The position numbers and the translations under genes are program-made. Under the pieces are notes generated by a model. That model did not search any database, was not told the origin of the DNA, and worked only from the letters and a program-made list of their open reading frames with translations. A stretch of 64,000 nt of DNA from Tubiluchus corallicola. Its lineage: Eukaryota; Animalia; Priapulida. The stretch covers positions 1 through 64,000 of the forward strand of contig JAQGDQ010000312.1 of assembly GCA_030141605.1 (NCBI GenBank), written 5' to 3'. Below are positions 1 through 34,370 of this stretch, piece after piece (within the stretch, counting starts at the first letter, position 1; the number at the start of each line of letters is the position of its first letter).

Positions 1-92
1 ATGAAGACATAGACCTGAGTGCTGAAGACCAGAACTTTGCCGTCGTGAGTTCACGGAACGCAGTGCACTGTGCTACAATCTTGATACAACAG
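1..92 (+). CDS. FANCI: FANCI penultimate coding exon (5' part lies outside the window)
   Basis: Translates from nt 3 as EDIDLSAEDQNFAVVSSRNAVHCATILIQQ and ends at a CAG|GTAGAT donor (GT at 93). It joins in phase 0 to the exon at 3155 and resembles the FANCI segment ...[21 protein letters not shown]. Confidence 0.8.
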
Positions 93-248
93 GTAGATTT
101 TCTGGTGAATTCATAAATACTTTTGAAAAAAATTCTCACAGCAAAGAAATTGAAAACAATGGTGTTTCAGTCCACCTCTCTAGTCTAGACTATCTACAGG
201 TGAAATTAATCTAGAATGCAAAGTGTTGGGTTACTCCACCTATTGATA

Positions 249-725
249 CAGTCAATAAGGTATATTGCGTCAATGGGTCAATAGGGTATAAGATATTCCT
301 TTATAAGGGACCACCAACACCGGTCCCGATTTTTCGTAACGTTTTTCCTTCGTGTATAAGGTACTCGGATATAAGGGACTTTCTGTTATAATGGACGATA
401 TATTCAGGGCCGCGTAATAGAAACCCTCGGAAATTACCTCGCATGTATATAAGGAGGGATCCTATGATCAAAACGAAATTGATCGATTTTTAACCTCAAT
501 TTTTCGCAAACTCGGCCTTCAAACAGCTCGGTTTCTGCAGTCACATACATCTCTCATCACTGAAGGAGCTTCCTACATACCGTTTGCACTGAATGTGTAG
601 CAATAATCCATAAAAATATTGGTAAAAGTACAGGTCTAGATACACCCTCGGTTTAACTCAACTTCGGCTATAAGGGACAATTTTTTCTGTTAGGGAGGAG
701 TCCTTTATATCCCCTAGGTTGACTG
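249..725. mobile_element. Tc1/mariner-pogo-like non-autonomous element (MITE)
   Basis: Termini TA|CAGTCAA (247-255) and TTGACTG|TA (719-727), with several internal TATAAGGGA subrepeats. The TIR is short and degenerate. Confidence 0.5.
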
Positions 726-2752
726 TATGTTATTTCAAACACCAATTACCACTGTTGTGGAATCCATTTTTCCTGAAGTTTAGAAAGCAAATCATGTTTG
801 TGATGTCACAATATTGAAAATTGATAAAAATTTATTACATGAACAATGGGAACAGGAACAGCATCATCTCGAAACAGACTTTTTTATAGAGTTACTTCGC
901 AAGTAATACTATAAAGCGCACCGACAATTGGTGCTAATTTTTGTGAATTTTAAAATGTAAATAACTTTGCAGAAAATGCCAAACACGAAAGAGCACAATG
1001 ACAGAAACGACATATCTGTGCTTGCAAACCAAAACCGTCCAAAAGTCGGCATAGTTAAAATTACGTTATGATGCTTCAAAGTAGAAAGCACCAAAAATTT
1101 GGTCAAATGTCGTTTCTTTATTTTTATGAAAACAAATGCTAAATATCTGGGACTTTTATATTCTAGCATCAATTTATCAAAAAAAAACTTATATTTTCAA
1201 ACTCCGATTGCAGCTCATGGAAGCAGTCATTTTGCTTCAGGTTTTTCCTGTTGACAAGCCCCTGTGTAGATCTTCGTCAGGAAGAGCCATCTCCTGGATT
1301 TAAACATAACTTCAATGTGTTCTTACGAAGTCCATAGCAACCAACATTTGTGCGGTCGCTAAGTGTTTTGTAGAAACACAACAAAAAACAATGGCTGACT
1401 TTAACATATTCATTTAACATTTAACAAGATTACGTTTTTGAGTGTGCAGCCTGCACCTCAACTTCAGCATGGATTATCTCAGCTTGGAAATAACATAGAG
1501 TGATGAGCTTGGTATCAAAATTATCCTCATGAAATAGAGATTCAGAATATTTGAACAACTAGAAAAGCTTAATTGCGGACTTATGGATGATTTTGCTATG
1601 CAAGCACACATATAGCCTAAAGTAAAATAAAGTTCTCAAAAAGAAGAAACATGAAAGCCATTGTTCACCACAACACAATGTAGAGAACACATTGGCTCAC
1701 TTTGCCAATTTAGTACTGGTGTAACCAATGCACAGGAACGAATGCACATATTACACCAATAAACTAACAGCTAATTAGTCGAAGGAGGAGACATTGAAAG
1801 ACTGTGGTACAGCTGTGATTTGAACCCAGAAACTTGTACTCTCGTGGCTCAAAAACATGTTTGTTGAAAATTTGATTTGGTGAAATGAGCAAAAGCAGCG
1901 CAATTACGAACTAGAGTGTCGTAAAAATTCACTATATTCGTCCTGCCATAGCAAGCGCGCCACAGTGAATTTATTTTAGTTATAACTAATGCTGTTTTAA
2001 GCTCACATTTTCATAAAGAAGCCAGTTTATGGAGTTTAACAATTTGGTTTAATACTCATTTTCTATTTTGAAGTCTTAAAGCAAAACCCGACCCAATTTT
2101 AAACTTTAAGTCAAAACAACCTATTCTTTAATTGCCACATAAACACGATTTCATGTTCGTGTGCCACTAGTTCTTTGGCGTTACACGCATTTCATCATTC
2201 GCTAGTTAGACGGGCACCAGCGCCTGTATTTCGGAAAACGTTGCACAAGAAGCAGGTGCTGTACCTCTCAGTTCAGATGTGTTAGTTTGTGATGAACTAC
2301 GCACATCCGACAGCTCATGCGTGAGTAAAGCGGTAAATTTGAAACTTGAATTTTTATATTGAAACTTGCCTAGTTTCAGTACAATACACAAATTCTCTTA
2401 CAATAGCACTGTACTTCAACTTTCGCTTTCGCAAACACGTGCAACACGCTCGTGGAATATTTTTGTGGTTGAAAATAATGTTAATTTGTGATGTCATCAA
2501 TAATTGTGCTCGCCTGCCATTAATCAAGTGTTTAGTTTATTATTCAATTATCAGAAACGCTTTTGCAATATTAATTATGTTAAAATGTATACTTTTTACC
2601 GCACTTGAAAATGGGATAGTATATGCAAAATCATCCTGTCTTCCTTTAAATTTCCGGTTTTGTTTATAATTATGCTAATAATGATTGCTTAAACTAAAAG
2701 GATTGGCTTTGCCATAATAAAGTGCATTCATCTGCTTTTTCTTTACTTTGGT

Positions 2753-3049
2753 AATATAATAATAATAATAGTATAATAATAATAATAATAATAATCTTTA
2801 TTTAAAGTCGGCTTTTGGGTCAACAATTAACATTAGCTCAAAGAGCTATTATCGCCGACTGTAAATAACGACCTACAACTACATAACAGAGACTATTGTT
2901 ACCCCACTTTTACCCTAAATACCACGCGTCAGGCAGGGCAACGGCAGGTACCATTTTTAAAGTCTTTGGTATTACCCGGCCGCTGGTTCGAACTCACGAC
3001 CTCCCAGGCGGAAAGCAGACGCATTTCCACTAGACTAAACCATCTGGTC
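2753..3049 (-). mobile_element. tRNA-derived SINE with (TTA)n tail
   Basis: The minus strand has a head with a box A-like TGGTTTAGTCTAGTGG and box B GAGTTCGAACC, a central TACCAAAGACTTTAAAAATGGTACC motif, and a 3' microsatellite tail. A diverged second copy lies at 29018-29292. Confidence 0.75.
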
Positions 3050-3154
3050 TTAAAATGGTCTTAATTTTAACCAGGACTTAAACCGTCTGGTCTTAATGGT
3101 GGTTTTTAAAATGTTGTTAGAGTTTATAGAATTTGTTCATTTGCTTTTCTGCAG

Positions 3155-3949
3155 ATAGAACAGATTCTGGGTGATGTTGAATGGATCATATCAATGTTAA
3201 AGTCACGCCTGGGTAAAGGCAATGATGCGTATCAGCACGAGAAACAAGTGATACAACAGCTAGGGATGACCATACAGTGTGTATGCGAGTTGGCTCAGTC
3301 GGCCGTACCCGTTGGCAACTGCCAGGATCTGCTGCTTCGTTCCTCCGCGAAGCTGTACAACGTCCTCGCGAGCCTCGCCAAATATTATGTCGCGGTTTGC
3401 GCCGGCGACGCCAGAAGCATCTGCTGCCGTTACGAGAAACTCGTCAAGTTGTCGGGCGCAAACCTCACAAATTTAGTCTATCCGATGATTACGTACATAC
3501 AGACGACGCAGTCGGAGCGCATCCAACAGGCGGCGGATAAGGCGAGGAAAAAGAAAACGGGCGAAAATGCCGCCGGTGGCAAAGCCGTTGCCGTTAAGAC
3601 GTCCAAGTCAATACCGAACCTGGTGTTTGCCGTTGAGCAGTACGAACGTTTCCTGATTCAACTAGGAAAGAAATGCAAAGTCGATCTGATGGCTCACTTC
3701 AAGATGAGCACTGCCCGAGATTTCCGCATTGACACCAGCGCCCTCAATGCGGCGTTGGGCGAACAGAGCGATGACGACCATGATGATGATGACAACGATA
3801 CTAGTATTAGTGACGAAAATCGGCCGACTGCTGAAGTAACGGCCACAAACTTGCAGGACGCTCGAGTTACGCAGACTATCGGTGAACCTCCTGCAAAGAA
3901 ACTACGTGCCGGTCTTGCCAGCAAGCGTAGCAAACTCAGGCGAGAGTAG
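3155..3949 (+). CDS. FANCI: FANCI terminal coding exon (Fanconi anemia group I protein C-terminus)
   Basis: Acceptor TTTTCTGCAG|ATA, then IEQILGDVEWIISMLK...EKLVKLSG...YPMITYIQ...IPNLVFAVEQYERFLIQLGKKCKVDLMAHFKMSTARDFRI, the FANCI C-terminal motif with the conserved K-x-S-T-x-R-D-F. Acidic and basic (PPAKK) tail, stop TAG at 3947-3949, AATAAA at 4199-4204. Confidence 0.93.
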   Translation: MEQILGDVEWIISMLKSRLGKGNDAYQHEKQVIQQLGMTIQCVCELAQSAVPVGNCQDLLLRSSAKLYNVLASLAKYYVAVCAGDARSICCRYEKLVKLSGANLTNLVYPMITYIQTTQSERIQQAADKARKKKTGENAAGGKAVAVKTSKSIPNLVFAVEQYERFLIQLGKKCKVDLMAHFKMSTARDFRIDTSALNAALGEQSDDDHDDDDNDTSISDENRPTAEVTATNLQDARVTQTIGEPPAKKLRAGLASKRSKLRRE

Positions 3950-4313
3950 CTCCGTCGATGCTATGATATACAGTCTTTTACTGCCATACTCGATTTTTGT
4001 AAAAATGATGTAAATGTGTTTCAGTATAGTCCAGTAATTCACCATTTAGTACTCTCAATCAGTATGTTATCAAGATTTACATCTAAAGTTTTGTTTATTA
4101 CAAATTTAAGTTTATTATTTACTGTTTACCATAAATGAATGGTAGATTGCTGTTAGCTTATTTATCATCTTTACACGTTTGATATTAAGTTTTCAAAAAA
4201 TAAATCTGAAAGGTAGTCATGATTATGTACTGTTGTAGTTCGTATTAACTTTTTTAATTATTATAATAATTACTTTAATGTGTAAAATTTAATTTGGTGT
4301 TGAAAAGCAAATT

Positions 4314-5266
4314 TTGTACAATCAAACCTTTGGGACCTTGTACATTCAAACCTTTAGGACTCAAGCCTTTGGGACCTTGTATAATCAAACCTTTGGGACC
4401 TTGTATAATCAAACCTTTAGGACTCAAACCTTTGGGACCTTGTATAATCAAACCTTTGGGACCTTGTACAATCAAACCTTTAGGACCTTGTACATTCAAA
4501 CCTTTAGGACTCAAGCTTTTGGGACCTTGTACAATCAAACGTTTAGGACTAAAACCTTTGGGTGCTTGTACAATCAAACCTTTAACACTCAAACCTTTGG
4601 GACTTTTTACAATCAAACCTTTGGGACTCAGACCTTTAAGACCTTGTACAATCAAGCCTTTAGGACTCGAACCTTTGGGACCTTGTACAATCAAGCCTTT
4701 AGGACTCAAACCTTTGGGACCTTGTACATTCAAACCTTTAGGACTCACGCCTTTGGGACCTTGTACAATCAAACCTTTAGGACCTTGTACATTCAAACCT
4801 TTAGGACTCAAGCCTTTGGGACCTTGTACAATCAAACCTTTAGGACTCAAACATTTGGGACCTTGTACAATGAAACCTTTAGGATGCAAACCTTTGGGCC
4901 CTTGTACAATCAAACCTTTAGGACTCAAACCTTTGGGACCTTGTACAATCAAACCTTTAGCATTCAAGCCTTTGGGATCTTGTACAATCAAACCTTTAGG
5001 ACTCAAACTTTTGGGACCTTGTACAATCAAACCTTTGGGACCTCGTACAATCAAACCTTTAGGACTCAAACTTTTGGGACCTTGTACAATCAAACCTTTA
5101 GCGTTCAAACCTTTAGGACTCAAACTTTTTGGACCTTGTACAATCAAATCTTTAGCGTTCAAACCTTTGGGACCTCGTACAATCAAACCTTTAGGACTCA
5201 GACTTTTGGGACCTTGTACAATCAAACGTTTAGGACTCAAACCTTTGGGACCTTGTACAATCAAAG
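4314..5266. repeat. Composite minisatellite of 24-bp (GGACCTTGTACAATCAAACCTTTR) and 15-bp (GGACTCAAACCTTTR) units
   Basis: Directly visible tandem array. Both unit lengths are multiples of 3, which explains the three overlapping ~320-330 aa repetitive ORFs. Confidence 0.95.
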
Positions 5267-5787
5267 TTGGCATTAAGCAAGTTTAACATAATAACAAGGC
5301 ACATTAATACATGCATATCTATGCAAACAGACGTTTTCTTTTGCCAAAAATTTGGACGATAAGCAAATTTGGCATTACAAAAAGGGGGCATTATTACGAG
5401 GTTTGACTGTAGTTCACATTTAAACAAATAAAGCTTTTGTGTTCATATTTACACTGAATAAGGTTACTTAGAACACACAAACAAACCAATTTTTAGAGAA
5501 AGTGAGTAATTCATTTATTAAACATAAAAAGATTCCTTTTGGCTCGAGAAACTTTAATTCTCCAGCTTTTTCTTGATTTTATACTTGAACAAGTAATATT
5601 CTCATATAAGCAAGTCTAATATAGATGAAGCCTGCAATAATATCCACTATGATCCACATTGAATTGACGCAATAACAATCCATCTACACAGTACAAAATA
5701 TTGAAATCAACTAGACAAGTGTTATTTGAACTTCACACAATATAAGGCACAGTTTCAAAGTGAGACGACTGACTGCAATAAGCGAAT

Positions 5788-27910
<22,123 letters not shown>

Positions 27911-28077
27911 TTTGCTGTTAGAAGTAGCACACTAGAACAAAATACGCCTTTCACGCGTGTATTCAATAAAAAGTAATATTTTTGGAACTTTTATCAGTAC
28001 TCTAGTAACATGATTTACGCCGATTGTCTGTTGCTAACGTCACCAACGACGCATACATTGTGCTGCCATCGCTTAGT

Positions 28078-28089
28078 GTAACAGGCAAC
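28078..28089. promoter_or_regulatory. Candidate RFX X-box upstream of KATNAL2
   Basis: GTAACAGGCAAC fits GTNRCC(N0-3)RGYAAC with one mismatch, ~170 bp upstream of the ATG. A GTTGCT half site lies at ~28030. Confidence 0.35.
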
Positions 28090-29017
28090 CAAAATAATTT
28101 CCTCTATTCTTATGCAAAGCAGAAGCACATAATTTTACCAGTGTTGCATGTTTGATTGCAGTGATTAAAGGGCATTGTAAAAAGGTTATATTGGTAGTAC
28201 GTGGCAAGTTGACATTGGCAACAGCTTTGTGCCTTTATCACAGATTTGAGTTAATTTTGACTTTGAGCACTTGTCACTCGAGCAGCACTACATGCCACGC
28301 ATTGTTGATAAAATGGACGTTTATTTACATTTTATACGGAGTGCTTCTGCTGTTCTGCTAGCCACTTCCGGATAAGGACAATGTTGGTATATTATTGTTG
28401 ATTATGGTCAAACAACTTCATTAATTAGTTTTATGCTACCAATATGTAATTATTACAGTATCAGCGTAATCATGTGGAGCACAGCAATCCTTCAGACGAA
28501 CACAAGTCAGAATATTTGAAAAATATGAATGCTTTTATGAGTGCATGAGTTCTTAAATCTGCTTTCTACAAGTTTTACGGATTTACTAATGATCTAAATG
28601 GTCAATAATTGTGAATAATTTGCAAATTATTTGGATGTGTATACCACACTAGGCTATAGTAACCAAAAAGCTTTTTCCAATAAATATCAGGTTATAGACT
28701 TTTTACATATAAACCTATACAGCAGACACCAGGAGTCAGCAATCAAGATCACCACCTATTTAGTGAGGATGTACTAACACTTATAATTTAAAAAATAACT
28801 CATGACCTTGTTGTAGGTGAAGAGGTGCGTAGTAGTTCGATGTTAGCCAAGCCAAAACAGAAGCATGGCAAAACCAATTTATGTGACTTTCATCAATGCA
28901 ATTTTAGCCATTTCATTTGTCCACCACGTTTTGTCTTGTTTCTATTTCAAAGTTAGAGCAAGGATACTTTAGGGAGAACTGAGTTAGCAAAGGTGATCAG
29001 TAGAAAAGAAAGAGATG

Positions 29018-29292
29018 TAATAATAATAATCTTTATTTAAATTTAACTTTTTGAATGAACAATTAACATAAGCTCCAAAGAGCTTTTGGGCAGACTGTAA
29101 ATTACAGTCTATAGCTACATAACAAAGACTATTAATATCCCACTTCTACCCTTATGTACCACGCACCAGACAGGGCAACAGCACGTACCATTTTTAAAGT
29201 ATTTGGTTATGACGCAAGTATTTGGCTGCAGTATCGAACTCACAACCTCTCAGATGGAAAGCGAACGCGTTACTACTAGACTAAATCATCTG
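29018..29292 (-). mobile_element. tRNA-derived SINE, diverged second copy
   Basis: Colinear with 2753-3049: (AAT)n CTTTATTTAA...CAGGGCAAC..GTACCATTTTTAAAGT...CGAACTCAC.ACCTC...ACTAGACTAAA. Confidence 0.75.
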
Positions 29293-31043
29293 ATGGTTAA
29301 TGACACAAATGGCAAATGCAAAGACTTAATTCGTGATTACTAAGCAGAGCTTGCGACAAACGTGCTCTGATTTCATACAAGTATAAAGAAAACGGCTTAT
29401 TATATGGAGTATTATCTATAATATTGAATGAAAATAGGGGCTGCTGCAGTTTCACAGTACTTATACAGGAGTCACCACTTATGCATTCGAATCTAATTTC
29501 TTGTGAAGACGCCTGTGGCTATTGCAGGGGGCGCTATGAGAGGACAAAAACCATCACTCCTCGGCAACAATAAATTGATGATGGTTTTGGAAATTTTAGA
29601 ATAGGCAAAAATAAAGGAGCAAAGAAAACCAAGTGAACTCTCCAAGCATATACAGCTTTTTAAAGATGTGTAAGAAAATCAGTCATTAATGCCTAACATT
29701 TTTCTATTGGTAAAAATTGTCATAATTCATATGAACAATCCTGAGCAAACAGATAATGAGATTATGAGTGTTTCATGTTACGTATTATTTAAATTACATT
29801 ACGGTGATAAAATAGCTGAGTAGACCTAGTGCATTGTTAATATTGGCTGAAACGTAAAACAGTGCCATGTTTGGTCAGCAAATTGTAAATAACGCTTTGT
29901 AAATGTGATCCAATTGATTACCGATTTTCATCGTGTTAGATATGCTGGATATTGTGTGGCGATCCAAAGTAAAGAAACGCAACTATAATAAAGTGATTTT
30001 TGCATATTGCCACATGATCTTTAGAATTCTTTACCAGTTATCTTTATTTTTGGTTACATAGTTTGATAGATCTGTTAGAAAAATTGCATCTAGGCCTGTC
30101 TGGTACTGGGAACGTTACCAGTAACCACTACTTTTGTTAACAGGTAGGCAACAAGCAGCTTCCGTAGAACAGTATTGTATCTTGCACTATATATCTAGAT
30201 AAGCACCTAGGGTACTTGCACTGGCCATTATCCCTCCAAACTCTCCATGGGGAAAAACCGAAATTTGTGCTCTGTAGTAAACATGCGTAGACATTACCAT
30301 CACAAGCCTAGGCCTAAAGAAATGACAGAAATAGCTATTTGAAATTTTTAGGTGTTACCCCCAAGAAAAAAGTCAAGAAAAACTCCAGCTCTGGATGATA
30401 TTGATAACTAATTAATGATATCGTTAGTTACCAGTTGATTTGAGAATAGTGTTGAACTCCATTACTGCCTCGGTAGCTTCCTAATGTATATACCAACGAG
30501 ATCCGATCAAGACCGGATTGCTCATTATGAAGGCTCAGCTCTTTTTGTGAAGTGTGTACAACAAAAACAAGAAAAACAATGTGAATAACTACTCCGTGCT
30601 GGACCTACGACAGGCACGAACACATCTGGCTTCATACTGGACCTAAGACCAGCACAAACACCCCTGGCTCTTTCTCTCGTTGATGGATGATGTACATACA
30701 TCCAAATGCGGGTGGCGCCGACACTTCTGCTAGTTCAGTATCTCAAAAGATTATTCTTCATAATCAGACAAGATTGCAGTGCAGCCACAACCATCAACAT
30801 AAGTAGGCCATGCCTTTCAGTGCTAGTTTAATGATAGCTTGTCAACAACATAAAAATTTGACAAAACGTCTGATATATTTCTAATTCAAATCCAATAATA
30901 AAGTATTCTTAGTCCAACATATTTGACTTATATTATTACTTGTAAAATATCATGTGAATGTGCAATGCACCACAATATTACAAAACAAAATGTACTTTTA
31001 CATAAATACAATAGAAGTAAAAACGTGTAAAAAATTCCCATTT

Positions 31044-31649
31044 TCACACAACATCTTTCACTGCCGGAGGCCTGTGAATGTTTCGTTTAACACAATTCAT
31101 CATCCAACTTATCCCTTCGTTAACACCATCACCTATTAGTGCCGAAACAGGCATCACTAAGCAATCTCTGTGTCCGATCACCTCGGGACTGCTGTTAAAC
31201 GCCGATTTTATTTCACTTATAGTCATACAATTGTCTAAATCTTGTTTATTTGCCAACACAAGAAGCGGAACTCCGCTTAGAGCTTCGTTCCCAATCATCT
31301 GATGGAATGCGTTTTTGGATTCATCAATTCTCTCCCTGTCCGTCGCATCAATCACGTATATTATCCCGTGAGACTCTGCGTAATATTTATCCCAGAGGAC
31401 TTGCAACTCCTCCTGACCTCCGAGATCCCAGAAATTCAGACGAACCGAACCGATATCAACTTTACCAATGTTCAGTCCAACCGTGCTGGTAATCTTATTC
31501 ATATTTGTGCCTTTGTAGTTCTTGTTAAATTTCGTTTTGGTCTGTTCCAGGAATGTAGTCTTTCCGGCATTGTCCAGGCCGAGTATGAGGACGCAATACT
31601 CGTCCTTCTGAACTGCCCACTTATAGAAGCCAGAAAGCAGAGTGTACAT
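31044..31649 (-). CDS. ARFRP1: ADP-ribosylation factor-related protein 1 (201 aa, single coding exon)
   Basis: N-terminus MYTLLSGFYK..KDEYCVLILGLDNAGKTT with Tyr2 rather than a myristoylated Gly2, plus ITSTVGLNIG, WDLGGQEELQ, ANKQD, VSA and C-terminal RNIHRPP. A probable 5' UTR acceptor lies at ~31744. Confidence 0.95.
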   Translation of the reverse strand: MYTLLSGFYKWAVQKDEYCVLILGLDNAGKTTFLEQTKTKFNKNYKGTNMNKITSTVGLNIGKVDIGSVRLNFWDLGGQEELQVLWDKYYAESHGIIYVIDATDRERIDESKNAFHQMIGNEALSGVPLLVLANKQDLDNCMTISEIKSAFNSSPEVIGHRDCLVMPVSALIGDGVNEGISWMMNCVKRNIHRPPAVKDVV

Positions 31650-31860
31650 TGTGCAAAGTTTTGCTGCTCTTGTTTTATAGTTTAGAAGCTTATGACAGTG
31701 GGTGCATTTACAATTCGTCAGACACTTATTTGGATTCCATTATCTAAAACACAAATACGGAAAAATATTTAAACATTTTCAAGTATCGTATTTGGAATAA
31801 ATTAAAAAAACAACCATATAAGAAGTAAACAAAAAAGAAGCAAATCTGAACTTTACAGTA

Positions 31861-32117
31861 CAGTCAAACCTCTTTAAGCAATTTTGCCATTATAATGAGG
31901 TGCATTAATACATCTAGGCAAGTTTTATATAGACATTTTGGTTTGCCAAAAATATGGGCACTGAGCGAGGTTGGCATTATATTGGTGGCATTATAACGAG
32001 ATTTCACTGTGTATCATTATAATCATTTATGTAAACACAGAACTTTGGTTTTGCCAAAAATATGGGTGCCAAATGAGGTTGACATTATAATGGGTTCATT
32101 ACAACGAAGTTTGACTG
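31861..32117. mobile_element. Degenerate Tc1/mariner-like MITE
   Basis: TA|CAGTCAAACCTC ... GAAGTTTGACTG inverted termini with an internal duplication (TTTGCCAAAAATATGGG twice). A related fragment lies at ~60288-60365. Confidence 0.5.
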
Positions 32118-34202
32118 CATAAATATAAATGAATTGCAAGCTATTTTAAACAATCGTGACATGATACAGCACCTGCAGGATGCGATATAACACAAGAATT
32201 TGAAAGCACTTTACAGTGAGCAACCATGGTTCGAGGAATTGCAGAAAAGGCCGTTTGTAGCCACTTATACCAAACGGTTACAGTCAGATCTAGAGAAAAA
32301 CAGAATTTTCACAAATAATTTATAAGCCTACATCATTTTTGAAATAGACAGCAACTTGGACAGATAGCATTCAGAGACTCCAAAGACTTGGAAACCTGAA
32401 ACATGAAGGTCCCAACAATATCGAAGAAATTTGACTGTCTGAATGTTCATGCTCAAAAGAAGCTCTAAGTCTTTAACATAGAAAAGTGTCTCCTCAGGGG
32501 CAAGAAAACAAACTCCATTTCCCCTTTCAAAAGGTAAGCAACTATAATAAAGTCCACAAGGGACTGTCATATTCAATACTCACGACATAAAGTTCATGTA
32601 AGGGCGCAAAACACATGAAATGACTGACACAAAGCTACCACCTTGACACTAAGATCTGCTATGATGCGGTAATTAGGCAGTGATTGACTATCAGTGTAAG
32701 AACACTAACACAGTATGATGTTGTGGTGCAATTAATGTTAGCCTTATCTGCACAGCAGTGCAGTGTAGTCTATAACATAATTGAAATGTTATGAATTTTT
32801 AATTTGTTATAACGTTACAGGGGCCGAAGTTCGTAAATACAGACATTTCCTCTACAGATCACCCTAGAGAAAGCCAGTGGCCGCTCAGTAAAAGAGGTTA
32901 CAATGAGAAAGTGAAAACGTGAGAACAAATAGAACTTTAATAAATGTTGGCAAAATGTTTGTGATGGAAGGTATCAGTAGATGCAAGAGAAGTAAATTCC
33001 ATTCAGTTTTATTTGCACAAATACATACAATGTACATTGGCAAAGCAATACACGTTAAATACTACATAAACCGAAAAAAATTCAATAGGATGCGTGTAAA
33101 GTTATTTTCATAGACAAATATTAAGACAAACGTTTCTATACAAGCAAGCGTACTATACAACGTGCTATACAAACTACATTAAATGAAATACCAATTTAAC
33201 ATTCACCAACATCTACAGCTGCCATGTTGTGTTTACTAGTTGCCTTTACCGATTTCGCATGAACATGACACTGCAGTAAATATTGATTACGTTCAATTCT
33301 ATCTTGTTTGTTTAAAATCGCCTCTAATTGAAACCGGCAACAAAAGTAATCCTTAAAACCTTGCAAAAAACCACCTAGTAAACCTAAACCAACTTGTATA
33401 GCTAAGATAAATAAAGATGTTTAACAATTTCAACCAAATCTATCTTTAGGAGTCGAAGAACTTACACTGTTAGCTGCAGATAGAAGTGTGTGGAATACTC
33501 GAATAAAGTAAGTATCTTTATTTAATCACCTTTTTTGCAAGAAAAACACAGAGCATGAAACGATAATATGGTACAAAGTGACAAAATTATTAAATGAATA
33601 AATTAGCTGAGTTATTGATATTCAAGTGGTTGGTAAAAGGGTGGCGAAAAACTAAAAGTTACCAAAGTCAACCACCCTGTAAGTAATGTTGCTATTAGTA
33701 ATTAATTATAATCGCAATTATCTTGACGAAGATTTCAGAATAAGGTGTGCTAAATGGAGCATAAAGTTTACATATGGAAGTTAACCAAGTTGCTTAAGTA
33801 TGTAAAGGAATGTTGAGTGTACTAAATTAAAACTATTGAGATTTAGAATTAAATTTGAACATACATCAAGGACATAATAAATACGTATAATGTTGATATG
33901 CCAAGCAATGCACATACAGATGTGTAGATTTACGCAGACAGAATTGCCTTACCTGTCAACTTTCATTTACATGTTAGTAAATGATGGATAGTAAAAGGTG
34001 GATACCTCAATGCCTACAACAGGTGGAACGAGTTTTGAAAAACAAATTGAATGTTAAAAATAATAGTTAATTATACACTGATTATAATCATTTTTTATTG
34101 TAAAACAAGTCAATAAAGTAAATAACAAATGGTATTCCAAGTGAAAAAATGTAAAGACATGTAAAGTATGTGTGTTTTTACTCTAAACATGGGCTTGATA
34201 AT

Positions 34203-34370
34203 AAGGGTGAGCAAACTGAGCATTTTCTATCAGAAACCGAATTTGAATTTTGAATTTTTCAATTTCGAACTCGAATCAGACCGATTTTCAAAATCCTAAT
34301 CACTTCTAATACAAATGAAAAACGGATTTGCAAAAGCCATGCATATTGCTTGATTTTTTTCTGCAGCAAA
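34203..34370. mobile_element. Fragment of an interspersed repeat also present inverted at ~58960-59423
   Basis: GGGTGAGCA..TTTCTA.CAGAAAC with GAATTTGAA/TTCGAA-rich subrepeats and GCATATTGCTTGATTT mirror the 59050-59422 sequence. Confidence 0.4.

Noticed and set aside
4275-5286. Three 320-332 aa ORFs; the minus one is superficially collagen-like (GPKG)
   Set aside because: Gly is not at every third residue, and the ORFs follow from 24/15-bp repeat units. Not called as CDS.
33500-33950. Possible CR1/L2 LINE 3' remnant (also ~23990-24830)
   Set aside because: Only compositional and tail-like hints; no recognisable RT motif could be read.
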